From Macrostomum lignano (taxonomy: Eukaryota): 64,000 nt of DNA. The translations under genes were made by a program, and so were the position numbers. Position 1 is the first letter of the stretch, and the number at the start of each line of letters is the position of its first letter. The stretch is taken from NCBI GenBank assembly GCA_002269645.1, contig NIVC01003901.1, positions 44,624 through 108,623 on the forward strand, given 5' to 3'. The notes beneath the pieces were generated by a model. It saw only the letters and a list, made by a program, of their open reading frames with translations, did not search any database and had not been told where the DNA came from. Positions 31,255 to 43,479 of this stretch are shown here, in pieces.

Positions 31255-33327
31255 TTGATCCCAGATCAAGTTACTGCGAATATCATCGGCGCCAACAGCA
31301 GCGAGCGAGTGAAGCGACAGCTTGAGATGTGGCAGGGCAGCGTAGAGCTTCTCATGCCCGACCGGCGCGGCGAGGTCCCCCAACGAGGCAGCTGCAGTCG
31401 GCGCCAGAGCCGCAAGAAAACCGCCTCGGCCACCGCCTCCGTGTCCGTGAGCTCCCGGAGCATATCCAGGCGGCTGCACGAGCTCCAGCTGCTCAGCCGG
31501 CGACTGCGCCAAGGCGACACTGTGCAACTGTCGGAGCAGAAGGAGGCGACGCTAAGGAACGGCCGTGTAGAGCCGATCAGGACAGACCAGCCGTCGCCAA
31601 GACTTCAGTCCAGCCTCCGCAGGCCAAACCGCCTCGATGAAAGTCGGCGCATTGAAATCTGCATTGAGTTTCTCGTCTCCAGAACGAAGCAGAGGCGGCG
31701 CCGCCAGCATCCCCATAGGCGGTCGGTGGCAGAGCAGTCAAGCAACAGGATCCAGAGACAGTCAGTGGAGGAGCAGCCCAGCAACAGGATCCAGAGACGG
31801 TCAGTAGAGGAGCAGCCCAGCAACAGGATCCAGAGACGGTCAGTAAAGGAGCAGCCCAGCAACAGGATCCAGAGACGGTCAGTAAAGGAGCAGCCCAGCA
31901 ACAGGATCCAGAGACGGTCAGTGGAGGAGCAACCCAGCAACAGGATCCAGTGCCGGTCGGTAGCGGAGCAGCCCAGCAATAGAAACCGGAACCAGCTCAG
32001 CGTACGCTCAAAGATCCCTCTTCCGCTGACAGACCAGCGGTCGGGGCTAGATCAGGCTACCAGAGCTACTTCGACATTCAGCCTGGGGTGCAGCGAGGGC
32101 GGCAGCTTCTCGACCTCGCGGAGCTCAGAGGGTGTCAGTCTGGTGCAGCTCAGACAGGAACATTGCCAGTTCCTGGAGGCCACACTCGTCCCACTGAAGG
32201 CAGGCGGTCCACAGCGCGGCCGAAACAGTCTGCTGACACTGCGTTGCCTCCCAGACAACGCGATGTCGCTCATCAACAGGCACAGTCAAGCTTCGACCGG
32301 CGGCACAGAGAGCAGGGGAGGAGTCGTCGAGCTAACCAGCGAGTCGCCGACGCTACAAAAAACACCAAAAAAGGAGCCGAGCGGTCTGAAAAATCAGGCG
32401 CTCAAGAAAACAACGTCAGTTTCCCGGAGGTGCAGTCTAATCGCCCACTGTCTGACGGAGACTGGCTGGCCCAGTTTCGTCGCTGAAGATGCTCCTATGC
32501 CGCAGCTGCGCCAGGCGCGTTACCACCAGGGCCAGCGCCCAGTTATCTCCTGCGCCATTCTTGGCGCCGACCTGGCCGGTCGGTTCGCCACGCAGCACCG
32601 GCCACCGATGCAGTTGTTGCCCGGCGCCATCTGCAAACGACGCCCGCCACAACCATCGCAACAGTTCAGCCAGGCGCTGATGCTACCGACTCCCCGGCTG
32701 CCATCAGTCGCTGAAGCCGTCTTGGTGCAACTGCCACGCGAAGTTGCAGAGCTCAGCACCTGTAGTCTCAACCAGTTCACCGGCCTACCGGGATCGGCGG
32801 CCAGACGCTCTGCCTCCCACCGGCTACTCCTCCGTCCGCCCGGGTTCGCACGCGTCGCTAAAACCTTCCGATTTGCCGCAAAGACTCTCACCATCACCAG
32901 CAGGCTCGGGCCGATGGCTCCAGTTTGTGCCACCATCGATGAGCCGCAGAGCATCGAGGGCGCCAGTGCAGTTGGCACGGCTGGCAGGTGCTTCTTCTAC
33001 GCCGCCAGCCACTGCCTGCGCTTGTCGGTAGGGCCGGTGACCGAGCCCGGCGTCCGACGCCTCCGCCCGCTCCCATCGGACGGTGGGCACGTTAGCAGCG
33101 AGCTGGCGCTGGCGTCCGCATCAAACGAGACAGTTATCAGCTCACTGGTCCGGCAGTCCGAGGAAGAGAAGCAGCCAGTTAAAGCGGTCGCCCCATTTGC
33201 CGGCGACGTCGGCGGAGATATTGGCGGCTTCAATAGCTCAAAGGCGGTGCTGAGCGACGCCAGCGGGGACCGTCAACTGCTCAGCGACTTTGCTGTAGAC
33301 GGCCTGCAACAACAGGGGGAACAATAG
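31255..33327 (+). CDS. Uncharacterised low-complexity S/R/Q-rich protein (690-aa ORF, possibly one large exon)
   Basis: 2073-nt stop-free frame in GC-rich sequence, while the other frames are repeatedly interrupted. It contains in-frame 39-bp repeats (SNRIQRRSVEEQP) at ~31730-31980. No recognisable domain. Confidence 0.45.
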   Translation: MIPDQVTANIIGANSSERVKRQLEMWQGSVELLMPDRRGEVPQRGSCSRRQSRKKTASATASVSVSSRSISRRLHELQLLSRRLRQGDTVQLSEQKEATLRNGRVEPIRTDQPSPRLQSSLRRPNRLDESRRIEICIEFLVSRTKQRRRRQHPHRRSVAEQSSNRIQRQSVEEQPSNRIQRRSVEEQPSNRIQRRSVKEQPSNRIQRRSVKEQPSNRIQRRSVEEQPSNRIQCRSVAEQPSNRNRNQLSVRSKIPLPLTDQRSGLDQATRATSTFSLGCSEGGSFSTSRSSEGVSLVQLRQEHCQFLEATLVPLKAGGPQRGRNSLLTLRCLPDNAMSLINRHSQASTGGTESRGGVVELTSESPTLQKTPKKEPSGLKNQALKKTTSVSRRCSLIAHCLTETGWPSFVAEDAPMPQLRQARYHQGQRPVISCAILGADLAGRFATQHRPPMQLLPGAICKRRPPQPSQQFSQALMLPTPRLPSVAEAVLVQLPREVAELSTCSLNQFTGLPGSAARRSASHRLLLRPPGFARVAKTFRFAAKTLTITSRLGPMAPVCATIDEPQSIEGASAVGTAGRCFFYAASHCLRLSVGPVTEPGVRRLRPLPSDGGHVSSELALASASNETVISSLVRQSEEEKQPVKAVAPFAGDVGGDIGGFNSSKAVLSDASGDRQLLSDFAVDGLQQQGEQ

Positions 33328-35842
33328 CTGTACTGATGACTCGAACGGGGGCCATCTCCATCGATATTCGCCTGTTCGTCTGCGGCGGTAGCCGTCAAGT
33401 GGCAGCGTTTAATCTGGAGAATCTTCAACAGCGGCACCGTTGTCCGCTCTATGCGTTGAAACAAATTGAAACAGTCTGAAACAAGCTTTTTAGGCTATGT
33501 ACGAGTATTGTCCCTTGGCGCTTGCAATGAAAACGGGACCACCTGAATGACTAGCGAATTTATACAAATATATTTTATTATACGAGCTAGATAAGGGGAA
33601 GGAGCTTTTAGTTGGAGATGGCAGCGTCTTTTATAGGAAAATCGTCCAACAGTCGTCTGCCTTCGTTTGTTACTAACGTACAGTTAAAAACAAGAAAACT
33701 TGAGCTGTTGATTTGTACTTTTTTATTTGAGCTTGAGCTGAAGATATAATGAGGCTTCTTCCAATGATATACACACATATAGGCTACTCAATGCTTATAT
33801 AATCACATTTTGAAATGTCTTTAAGTGAGTATAATTGCGCTAGGAATTAAAAGTAAATTTGAGAAAAGAATAATAATTTGGATGTATAATTTGGAATCAG
33901 TTTTATCATACATTTATACAGATTTAACTTTAAAATAAATGAAAAATAATGTCACTGCCCCATGTCAAATGAACTATATTACATTTCAAAGATTAAATTT
34001 CCAAGCGGCAATCCTACACTTCGTTCAGGTATCGGGTAAATTATTTTGACTTCAAATTTGCGCTCAGCGAACAATTCTAAGAATTCTCATGCTGAAACAC
34101 TCACGAGTGTATATCTCAGTTTAAAAGTGTAGGGTTGACGTGGTACGAGCCGTATAGTCTATGATCTGATCCCCAAGAAAAGATATTGAGCAGTTTCTGT
34201 GGCGTCGCTTTTTTCTACTGGGTAAGAGCGCCGCCACTATACACATTGATTGTTTCTTTTTGCCCTTAGCTGACAATTACTTGACTAAATTTTGTTTAGG
34301 CCTAATATTTTATAGTTTGCAGTTTACATCTTATTTACCATTGATACACAAACTCGTTAGTGTTTGTTTTACTATGAAAGTTCTTAGAACTGTTCGCTAA
34401 GCACAAATTTGAATGAAGTCAAAATGTTCTCTAACATCCTCGCGCGAATATCTCGAAGTGGTAGGATTGCCTTTGGCTTTGTAAGCTTTCTGATTAGGCC
34501 TATAAGATCAAGATGCCAATTTTATAGGGCCTATAATGTTAAATAAAACCTTTTACACCTTTCAAAAAATCTATTTTATTCGTGTATTTGGTTTTATTAA
34601 AATAAAAAAGCTAGAATAATATAATATAAAAATGTATAAAAAAATAATATGCTGTTATAAGACACTATGTATAAGACACTATGTATAAGACACTATCTGG
34701 GCTTTAACTTAATGTAACCAAATAGATAGCAAAACTGTTTTTTATGGTCTTCATATATAGGAAGCAAAATGGCTACCAGGTATTTTTATGCAAATTATGG
34801 TCATGCCACAGGGAAGAAAGTTTATTTACAATAATAGTTACCAAATTACATTAAGTAAGCTTAAAGCTAGCTAAAGTTGGAGAGAAGAACCACTATTTAC
34901 TATAAATATTAATAAGTTACTGTAACCTCTGTAACATATTAAGCAGGGACTCCTAAAAATAGCATCATTGGATGGGAAGCTCCCCACACAAATTTACCTT
35001 AGTGTGGCAACCCTTCCCAGCTATTGTGTGAGTAAAAAGGGGCATTTTATCTCTCAAAATGTTTCTTTCAAGAGTCTTAAACACTATTGGCATACAAAAG
35101 CGATTCATTTGGAGACATTGCTGCTACTAATCTAAGAACCTGGACTATATGATGAAAATAAATGGCAATAATGGAGAAAATATTGAGTTAGCTATAGGGC
35201 CAGGTCTGAACAAACTTATTTAAGAATAATTACAGAACTCGTGTGTAAACTAAGTTGAAATGTAATTGTAGCTATATTCATCATCTTGAAACATTTATTA
35301 AAGCTTTATAAATTGTTCATCAAACCATAGAAAAGAGGCCAGGCAGCTTAGAGATATTTAGCTTCCTTCCGCTTTCACAATTAGAGAGCTGCTTGGCCAG
35401 GTTTTTCATTATGCAGTTGCAGAAAGCTTTTGCCAAGCTTGTCTTCACATTGTGGCAAATCACCAGCTATATAAAAGATTCCAGAAAGACCTCATTGTTG
35501 GCCATCTTATCCACAAGGCCACAGAAGACTTGCTGCTGCCAGGGTTTTTTTTTTGTGCGTAGAGTGTGCGTATGCACCCTAAATTTTAAAATCGCACCCT
35601 GAAATTAAAAAAGTAGGTGCGGTTTAGGTGCGGTCTTATAACCATTTTTCTTTAAAGGCTTAACCATGCTTAAGCTATTTTTTATGCACTGCCTTAAAAT
35701 ATGAAACAAAATAACTCTTTAAATCCTATAAGTCATATAGGCGATATAGCCTATAGCTATAGCCTTATGTAAGATATTAAAATATACATTCCCAGTTGTC
35801 TGAAATGTGAGCAATGTGAGGGTTTCACGAGAGATATTCAGA

Positions 35843-36224
35843 CAGGGGCTCCCTAAAACACGCCCCGCACCGGGCCCCGAACCGCTACACATTATAACAT
35901 TTTTTGTCAATGCAGTAGGGGGCCTATTTGATTGCAAGGAAAAGTTAAAATAGTAATGGAATAAATATCTTTATTTATTTTTTTAAATATTATTTTTTTT
36001 ATATTCTCGTTTTCATTATTAAATTATGATATTATTATTTTATTAATATTATTATTAATATCACTTATTGTTCACCGAATTTTATATTTCAAAGTAAAAA
36101 AACTAAATTTAATAAAAACTTGAAGCTTAACAGAAAACGCATTCTGAAGTGTCTTTAGTTATAGTCCAATTTGTTTTAATGTGTAGCGCTGCAGGGCGGT
36201 GCGGGGCGTGTTTTAGGGAGACCC
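35843..36224. mobile_element. MITE (~380 bp, AT-rich core) in the left arm of the inverted repeat
   Basis: ~50-bp imperfect TIRs (GGGCTCCCTAAAACACGCCCCGCACC / GGTGCGGGGCGTGTTTTAGGGAGACCC); absent from the matching right arm. No clean TSD. Confidence 0.75.
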
Positions 36225-36493
36225 ATTCCGAAGACAGACATTCAAAATGATTGTCTGTAACTTTAAACAAAATTGATCCGCTTCAACCATCTTTTTGGCA
36301 AATACTTACGCAAGTGTTGGGCGTCGAATAAGCTTTAATTTATTAACTGATGTAAAAATCCTGACATACATTGATTTAAAAATTGCTTAGCAACACTAGC
36401 TCTGATTAGAAATCGCTTTACTGTTGACTAAAATTGTTTTGATCGTAGCAGCCTAAAAGCAGATACTGGATTTAAAAATGCTTCGATTTACTC

Positions 36494-37010
36494 TATACGC
36501 ATGTCTCAGCTTTAAAATGACACCTCAGGCGTTGCAAAAGACAGCTTTGATGCTGAGATATTTGACACTAAACATGCATTGCTTTGCGCAAACTCACATT
36601 CAGAAATTTCACTGATTTTTTGTTGATATTTGTGCAGTTGCCGTGTCCTTGTTTTTCATCAGAATCTCGTCAAATTCTAGTCATGTCTATACGCATGTCT
36701 CAGCTTTAAAATGACACCTCAGGCGTCGCAAAAGACAGCTTTGATGCTGAGATATTTGACACTAAACATGCATTGCTTTGCGCAAACTCACATTCAGAAA
36801 TTTCACTGATTTTTTGTTGATATTTGTGCAGTTGCCGTGTCCTTGTTTTTCATCAGAATCTCGTCAAATTCTAGTCATGTCTATACGCATGTCTCAGCTT
36901 TAAAATGACACCTCAGGCGTTGCAAAAGACAGCTTTGATGCTGAGATATTCGAAACTAAACATTGCTTTGCTCAAACTCACATTCGGAAACTTCACTGAT
37001 TTTTATTCAA
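36494..37010. repeat. 194-bp tandem repeat, ~2.7 copies
   Basis: TATACGCATGTCTCAG recurs at 36494, 36688 and 36882. Confidence 0.9.
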
Positions 37011-40000
37011 TATTTGTTCAGATGCTTGTCTACTTCTCCATTTATTAACCATCGCATGGAGCCTTGCTAACGTACAAGTGTATGTAGTTACTGTAAATGG
37101 GGTTTTTGTGACTCACTTAAACTTGTTTACGCATTCTGCAGCTATTCGCCGCCTTTCATTGGAGTGATTCATGGAGTCCAGTTGATAAATTTCCGCAAAT
37201 TGGACTGCTTCTACGTCAGATCTCAACATTTGGAACCGTCCTTGAACTATTTCAGAGTTAAGTGAGCTAATGGCATCAAATGGAAGGCTAGTGCTCGTAC
37301 TCGTAAGCGAAGCAGGTTCACAATTGAAATGGTTGTATTCATGGCCATGGGATCTAAACTGATCTGTTTTACTTTCACGATCGCTTCGGTCTCAGAAGGA
37401 GCAGCAGTTGATGGACTGAGGCGAGAAGAAGATGTGTCACAACTTGAGCTGTTTTTAGAAAATATCTTTATCCAATTAAATATTTTCATGCGGCTCCTTA
37501 GGTTGTTCCGAATTCCGAGTCTAGAAGTCAAGACAGAAAAAAGTTAAGAACTGCTACGGTAGTCCGTAGGGATTGGAAAGCTTAGCAGTACATTAGATCC
37601 CACCGCTTACCTCATTCCAATTTGGATAGCAGAATTGCCACGCAAAAAATGTAAAAACATAACAATAAACTATTTGCTTCATATTAATTGCCACTGACTG
37701 TTAATAAACGCGACGTCAATTTCTCTCAATAACAGTTGGAACATGTTTCTCGTACACTCGTATATTTATTTGAACCGCAAAGCGGTGAAAAAGTCATGAT
37801 TGGTCGCCATATGTACAAATGTACACTCACAGACTCACTGACTCAGGTACAATCTATGCAATATAAAGGCAGGAATCATTAAAAATCAAATACTTAAGAC
37901 AGTTTAAGAGAAGTCCAGGTTTAAACTGGACATGACTAGAATTTGACAAGTTTCTGATGAAAAACAAGGACACGGCAACTGCACAAATATCGATAAAAAT
38001 CAGTGAAATTTCTGAATGTGAGTTTGCGCAAAGCAATTGTTTAATGTCGAATATCTCAGCATCAAAGCTGTCTTTTGCAACGCCTGAGGTGTCATTTTAA
38101 AGCTGAGACATGCGTATAGAGTAAATCGAAGCATTTTTAAATCCAGTATCTGCTTTTAGGCTGCTACGATCAAAACAATTTTAGTCAACAGTAAAGCGAT
38201 TTCTAATCAGAGTGTTGCTAAGCAATTTTTAAATCAATGTATGTCAGGATTTTTACATCAGTTAATAAATTAAAGCTTATTCGACGCCCAACACTTGCGT
38301 AAGTATTTGCCAAAAAGATGGTTGAAGCGGGTCAATTTTGTTTAAAGTTACAGACGATCGTTTTGAATGTCTGGCTGAATATCTCTCGTGAAACCCTCAC
38401 ATTCTAAACAAGACTCAAGAGAAATTGCACTCTGAGCCTTAAAATCGCACCTTGAAATTTGGCACAAGGTGCGATTTCGCACCTTATCTCTGGCGAAAAA
38501 AAAAACCCAGGCTGCTGCTGCTGCACAGTCAGGAATGCCTTGAGGAGTGAGTCCTTCCATCTTATCTCTTCAAAGATTTTCTAGCAATGCATTGAAAATG
38601 CAAAAGCTAGTTCCATTGGCTAGCATAGACCTCCTCAATTGATGTGATCAAAGAATGATGATGCCTCAGCTGGAACCCAATCAACATCCAATGGTGGCAC
38701 CTCTTCCTGTTCAAGCAATAGCTTTCTACAAGAGTCACACTTACAGTTCTGCACAAACTTGCAAGCAACTGTGGCGGTGACATAGAATATTGCAGTCAGG
38801 TCTTCTAGCCAAGGATAGCTATCCATCTCCAGCTGTGCAGCCAGCATGCTCACAGATTCCCAAACAGAGCCAGAGTTGGAGGGCACCTTGATGACACTGT
38901 CAATTTCCTTCAAGGAAAATTCCGAATACTTCAAAAGGCTGACCACAGCAATTTTTTTGCTGTTTTCCTTCACCTGTCGTGCGGAAATGAAGAAATTCGC
39001 CCTGGACATTTGCCAAAGCCAGCCAAATCGGTGCTCAATGCAGTCTGACTGAATCGCTCCAAGAAGCACATAGGAAAAGCCTTCATGGTTCAGCAAATGC
39101 CTTGCATAGCAGGCCAAGGCACGGCAAGTCATGCGGTAGGCAAAGAAGGTCTCCTTGGACATGCCAGGATTGCCTGACTCCTCCCAGCTGTCAAGAAAGT
39201 CAGCAAACTCCTCTAGAAACTGCAGCTTCCAGTCAAGCGATGAATGGACAGGATCCTGGCTGATGTCCCACTTGCACTTTCCTTTGTATGGCGACTTGAC
39301 AATGAGGACATGCCAGAGCTTCAGCACCAAGGTGATAAAGTCCACAGTGCCTTGCCAGGGCCTACCATCATGCTCAGAGTAGTAGCAGACAAGCATCACG
39401 GATAGACTCATTGAAGATGGCAACTGTGAGCTTCACTGAGGTCTTCTTGATGCTCTTCGGACTGAGAACAGTAGGATTCAGCTTGTGCGCTAGCTTCAGT
39501 GGCTTTGTAGCTTCCAACTTATATAGCTAGATGATGTGGTCAAATCAAGCTTCGGATCCGTGCAAAAGAGCTGGAGAGGAAGGGAGATGAAAGACTCCTC
39601 AACTCTGAAAGTTGTTGTAGATGTTTTTCAAGTTATGCACTAGATCGAATAGCACAAACACAGGCTAGCATGTTACTTCATCTATGAATGATGGATTGAT
39701 GTTGCACCTTGAACTGCTGCACAGGCCTTTGGCAAATTTCCAATTGACGGCAGCGTTGTCCATGCACACTGCCATGACAGTGAACCCAAGCTTTCTCAGG
39801 ACCTCCATGGCCTGCTGAAACCAATTGGAGAGCTTCTTTGCCATTAATGCAGAAACTGCGTGCATTGCCACCATATCCTTGAACTCTCCAATAACAGAGC
39901 TGATCATGAAGCAGCAAAGCGTTGAAGCCCATGCACTATCCTCATCAATGCCCATAAGCTGGCCATTGCTATATTCAATTCTACTTGCAACATAGATCTC

Positions 40001-41179
40001 GTCGATGACTAAGGTCACAACCTTCTCCATCTGTGACAGCTTTGAAGCTCTCAGAGCAAGGTAGCCTTCGCTGTCAAGGCCACTTGAAGATCCAACTCTT
40101 GCAGTAATTGACCTTAGCGTGCAATCAGATGGAAGGCAGATTGCATCTTGTTCAAGCATGGTCTTGTATGCTGAGGCACTAATGGAGTAGATCAAGTAGG
40201 AGAACACAAGGAGATCCTCGGAGTACCTCCTGGTGTGTGATGGCTTCCTGCTCAGCTTCAGCTGCTCCAGGGCAAAGCTCACAGTACAATTGTCTGTCAG
40301 CCCTTCTGCTTCTTCCAAGAGATCTTGCACTGCATCTAGCAGACTGGCAACCTTGGTCTCAGAGGACTCTGCCTTGCAGGAATCTTCAGTCCAATTCTTG
40401 ATTCTCGACATACAATTCACAAGTTGGCTGAGAGTCAAAGCTTTTCCTCCAGTCAGTAGGTCGCTAAACATGCTTGCTTTTAGTGGCAGTCCATTGGCTC
40501 CATATGTGATGGTAAGGTCTTTTGCAAGGCAAATATAGCAGGAAACACGGCACACTGGTTGTGTCTCTAGCATGTAGATGCACAGCTTGTTGTCCTGGAT
40601 AGCCGTCTGAAATCTAGCTGGCTTGGTTGCTTCCTGCTCCAGCTTGCGCTGAATCTCCTGTAGGTCCATCTCGGCAATGGAGTCAGCTTCCAGAAAGACT
40701 CCAATCCTTTCCTTTAGCTCTCTTTGCTCTCTCTCCATGCGCTAAGACAATGTCACTGTCGTTGCTCGCGGTGCTTTCTTATCAAATGACAAGTAGATGG
40801 GAGTGTTTAGGAAGATAGACAGAACTGCTCCAGGCTTCAGACACCTCCTTGACAGTGACTCACTTCTTCTCTTATTTCGCGTGGCATTGGTATCCGCAGA
40901 TGCTTCAATGAAGTCATGAGGATGAAAATGGCAAGAGCAAATCTTGGAGTACTTTGTTGGCTTGAAGTCTTTTCTCGGGTTTGCTCGCTTCCATTTCTCA
41001 AGAAGAGCAGCATCTTGGAAAAGGTAGCTGTAGAAGCTCACTCTAGATTCTGAGTTTATTATTTTGACCCTGTTTTTGAACTTTTTAGACTCCCAAGGCA
41101 ACAAAAATGAGTTATAAAGGTTAAATAAGTTCAAGTTACTACATAGGGTAGTAGTGTATAATCTAGTAGAGGATATTGC

Positions 41180-41445
41180 CAAATTGCCATTCAGGAAAAG
41201 CTTGGTGCCACATGAATTCATGCCATGCCAGCATGGCGCTGGAGTGCCATGGCAACATTGCATGTGTCACACATCTTGCTATTAGCGAGCAGGTGGTGTC
41301 TTGCCATCCATTGCATGGCTTCGTCAACGTCTGGTACTAGTGCAACTAATTCTTGGTGGGTGACTTCAATGTCACACAGCAAGATGCTGTTGACAACTTT
41401 GGCAGCAAGCACGATAGATAGTGGCGCTCTAAGTCGGCTAGCCAT
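41180..41445 (-). pseudogene. Possible N-terminal fragment of a Merlin/ISXO2-like transposase
   Basis: DVDEAMQWMARHHLLANSKMCDTCNVAM resembles the helix plus CxxC zinc-ribbon start of Merlin-type transposases. No DDE core follows. Confidence 0.3.
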
Positions 41446-43479
41446 TCAGTCAGTAGCTGAAAAGGTCAAAAACAGATTCAAAAAATAATTTAGAGCAGGA
41501 ATCCAAAGGATTGCCTTATTATCATGCATTATTTTGGTTTAATCAATCATATTTATATATAGATACAATAATAGATTTGAAACAAATTATTCATAATATA
41601 AAAACTTTAATCTTTTTAGGGTTTATGCCAATTTATTACCACAAGGCCATATATATCAAATATATCACTATCAGTTATATTAATGATACATATCTTTATT
41701 TTTTAACTGAATAGTCTTTTTTTTGCATTACAAGTTTGTCACTTACAATTATAACCCATAGTCTAGATCATGCTAAGTGAATGCCAGAATGCTTTGAATC
41801 AATGAACGCTGACACTAATTGCAGTTGTGACAATAAAGGACCTTTTTTGCAATTGCAACAATAAAGAACATTTTTCGTAGTTTGCATTTTTACAATGTAA
41901 GTTTCAATTAAAACTAAACTAATGATACAACCTATATGTATATATGGACTGCTGACTGACTAACAATTTATTTTGTTTTTGTTGTTGTGTTATTGTACAT
42001 GTTCCTGCTAATAAACTATTGATATCTTTTCAATTATTTACATTTATCCTAGTTAATACTGTCAGAAAAACCACTTATAATTTAGCTTTGAATTGTAAAA
42101 ACTTTCTGCAACAAATGACTTTGAACATCTATCTCTTATATGCCTTACACTGATATGCCTTAATGCACATTGCATGCTATTTGTACATGCTCACAACTAC
42201 ACTTTCTTTCAGTGATACACTAATATTTTGAAATGCATGCTATGCATGCTGACATTTTCAAATGCATGCCGGAAAACTCTGTCATGCACTACATCTTATG
42301 GAAATAGGATTATAAACTGCCAAAGTAATGATATAATAAGCCTAGATATTTATGAAACTTAAAATTTATATATTTATTTTAACACTTCTCTTATGTATAA
42401 AAGTTTTATTATTAACAAAACTATAGTTTATTAGCATACTAGGCCTAATGCAAAATGGAGTGCCTAATTAAATAGTAGTGCTACCAAGGGGGCAATGGGT
42501 CAATTGCCCCCCTTAGGTAGGGACTAGAAATAATCAAAGAGGGGTTCAAGTAAATTTTTGCTAAAATACAGAGCCACTTCCTCTATTATCTCTCCCCCAT
42601 ATATGTTTTTACTCTCTAGAATCTGCCTTTTCCCTTAACAAATTTCTAGTTGCATTATTGTAAATCTCAAATACAAAAATAAAGAAATTAAATAAGTTCA
42701 GAGCCATAAAAATGTTTTACCTCAAACATTAGGCCTAATATAATAATTTTTGTACTTAAAACCAAAAATTACACTAAGTTTTACTAAGACACTAAAGAGT
42801 GCTATTCATTTTTAAAGGCATTCTGACAATGATTAATACCAAAGATAAATATTTTGCTTATTTAACTTATAAAACTATAATATTTAATTTCTAGAAATAT
42901 CTATTTTTGTTAGTTTTATACTTAAAATAAAAAATTTTCTTTGCTTTTAAGTTTAATTTTGTTATGAATAAAGGCATTTATAGTTACTAAATTTAATATC
43001 CAATAAACCTGCTTAATTAAATAGTATAGAATAGTAGAATAGTCTAGAATAGTATGGAATTTATATATAGAATGCATTTTCTACAATGTCACAGTATATC
43101 TTGATACTAGCATATTGTCAATGCTGCCATTTATGGTAGCCATCATACTGCATCTATTGAAGCTTGACAGATTGTGGCCATAGACATTTTGACATTCTGT
43201 TCAAACTTATTGTCACTTTGATATTGATATTGATATCTATAACAAGGAATAGAATTGCAGCTTGAGCCATCAATTGACAACTATATATTTCTTGGTAGTT
43301 GGTATACTATTCTGACTCACTCCTGCAGCTGTGCCAAGATTTGAAATAGGTTCTAGATTAGGTTCCAGATTTTCTTGCAACTTTTTGTCTGTTATAGCAA
43401 TGACACTCTGGTGCTAAGTGAGAGCATATATAGGTAGGCCAACTATATACAATTTCTCTTTGTGTTTAGCAGACATCAT

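Larger units (their letters stand above)
35813..38403. mobile_element. Long inverted-repeat (foldback-like) element within the hAT insertion
   Basis: 35813-35842 plus ~36235-36690 is the reverse complement of ~37928-38403 with few mismatches. The interior has a degenerate spliced ORF remnant at ~37100-37620. Confidence 0.8.
35540..38510. mobile_element. Non-autonomous hAT-type DNA transposon (2971 bp)
   Basis: Termini CAGGGTTTTTTTT / AAAAAAAACCCAG; perfect 8-bp TSD GCTGCTGC (35532-35539 and 38511-38518); subterminal AAATCGCACC/GGTGCG repeats at both ends. Confidence 0.85.
35330..41130 (-). pseudogene. Decayed THAP-domain P-element (THAP9-like) transposase, split by a hAT-type insertion
   Basis: THAP motifs (KW..ANPR..F.P....ICSCHF...F; LKPGAV.SIF); catalytic-region motifs LVIDEIY, MDNAAVN, FDLVHNLKNIYN, LKLAHKLN, QSDCIEHRFG and HIN*GGL. 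The C-terminus resumes at 35539-35330. Several in-frame stops and frameshifts. Confidence 0.88.

Noticed and set aside
37050-37110. LYVSKAPCDG resembling a cytidine deaminase SxxPCxxC motif
   Set aside because: No second Cys, no HxE upstream, and an immediate stop.
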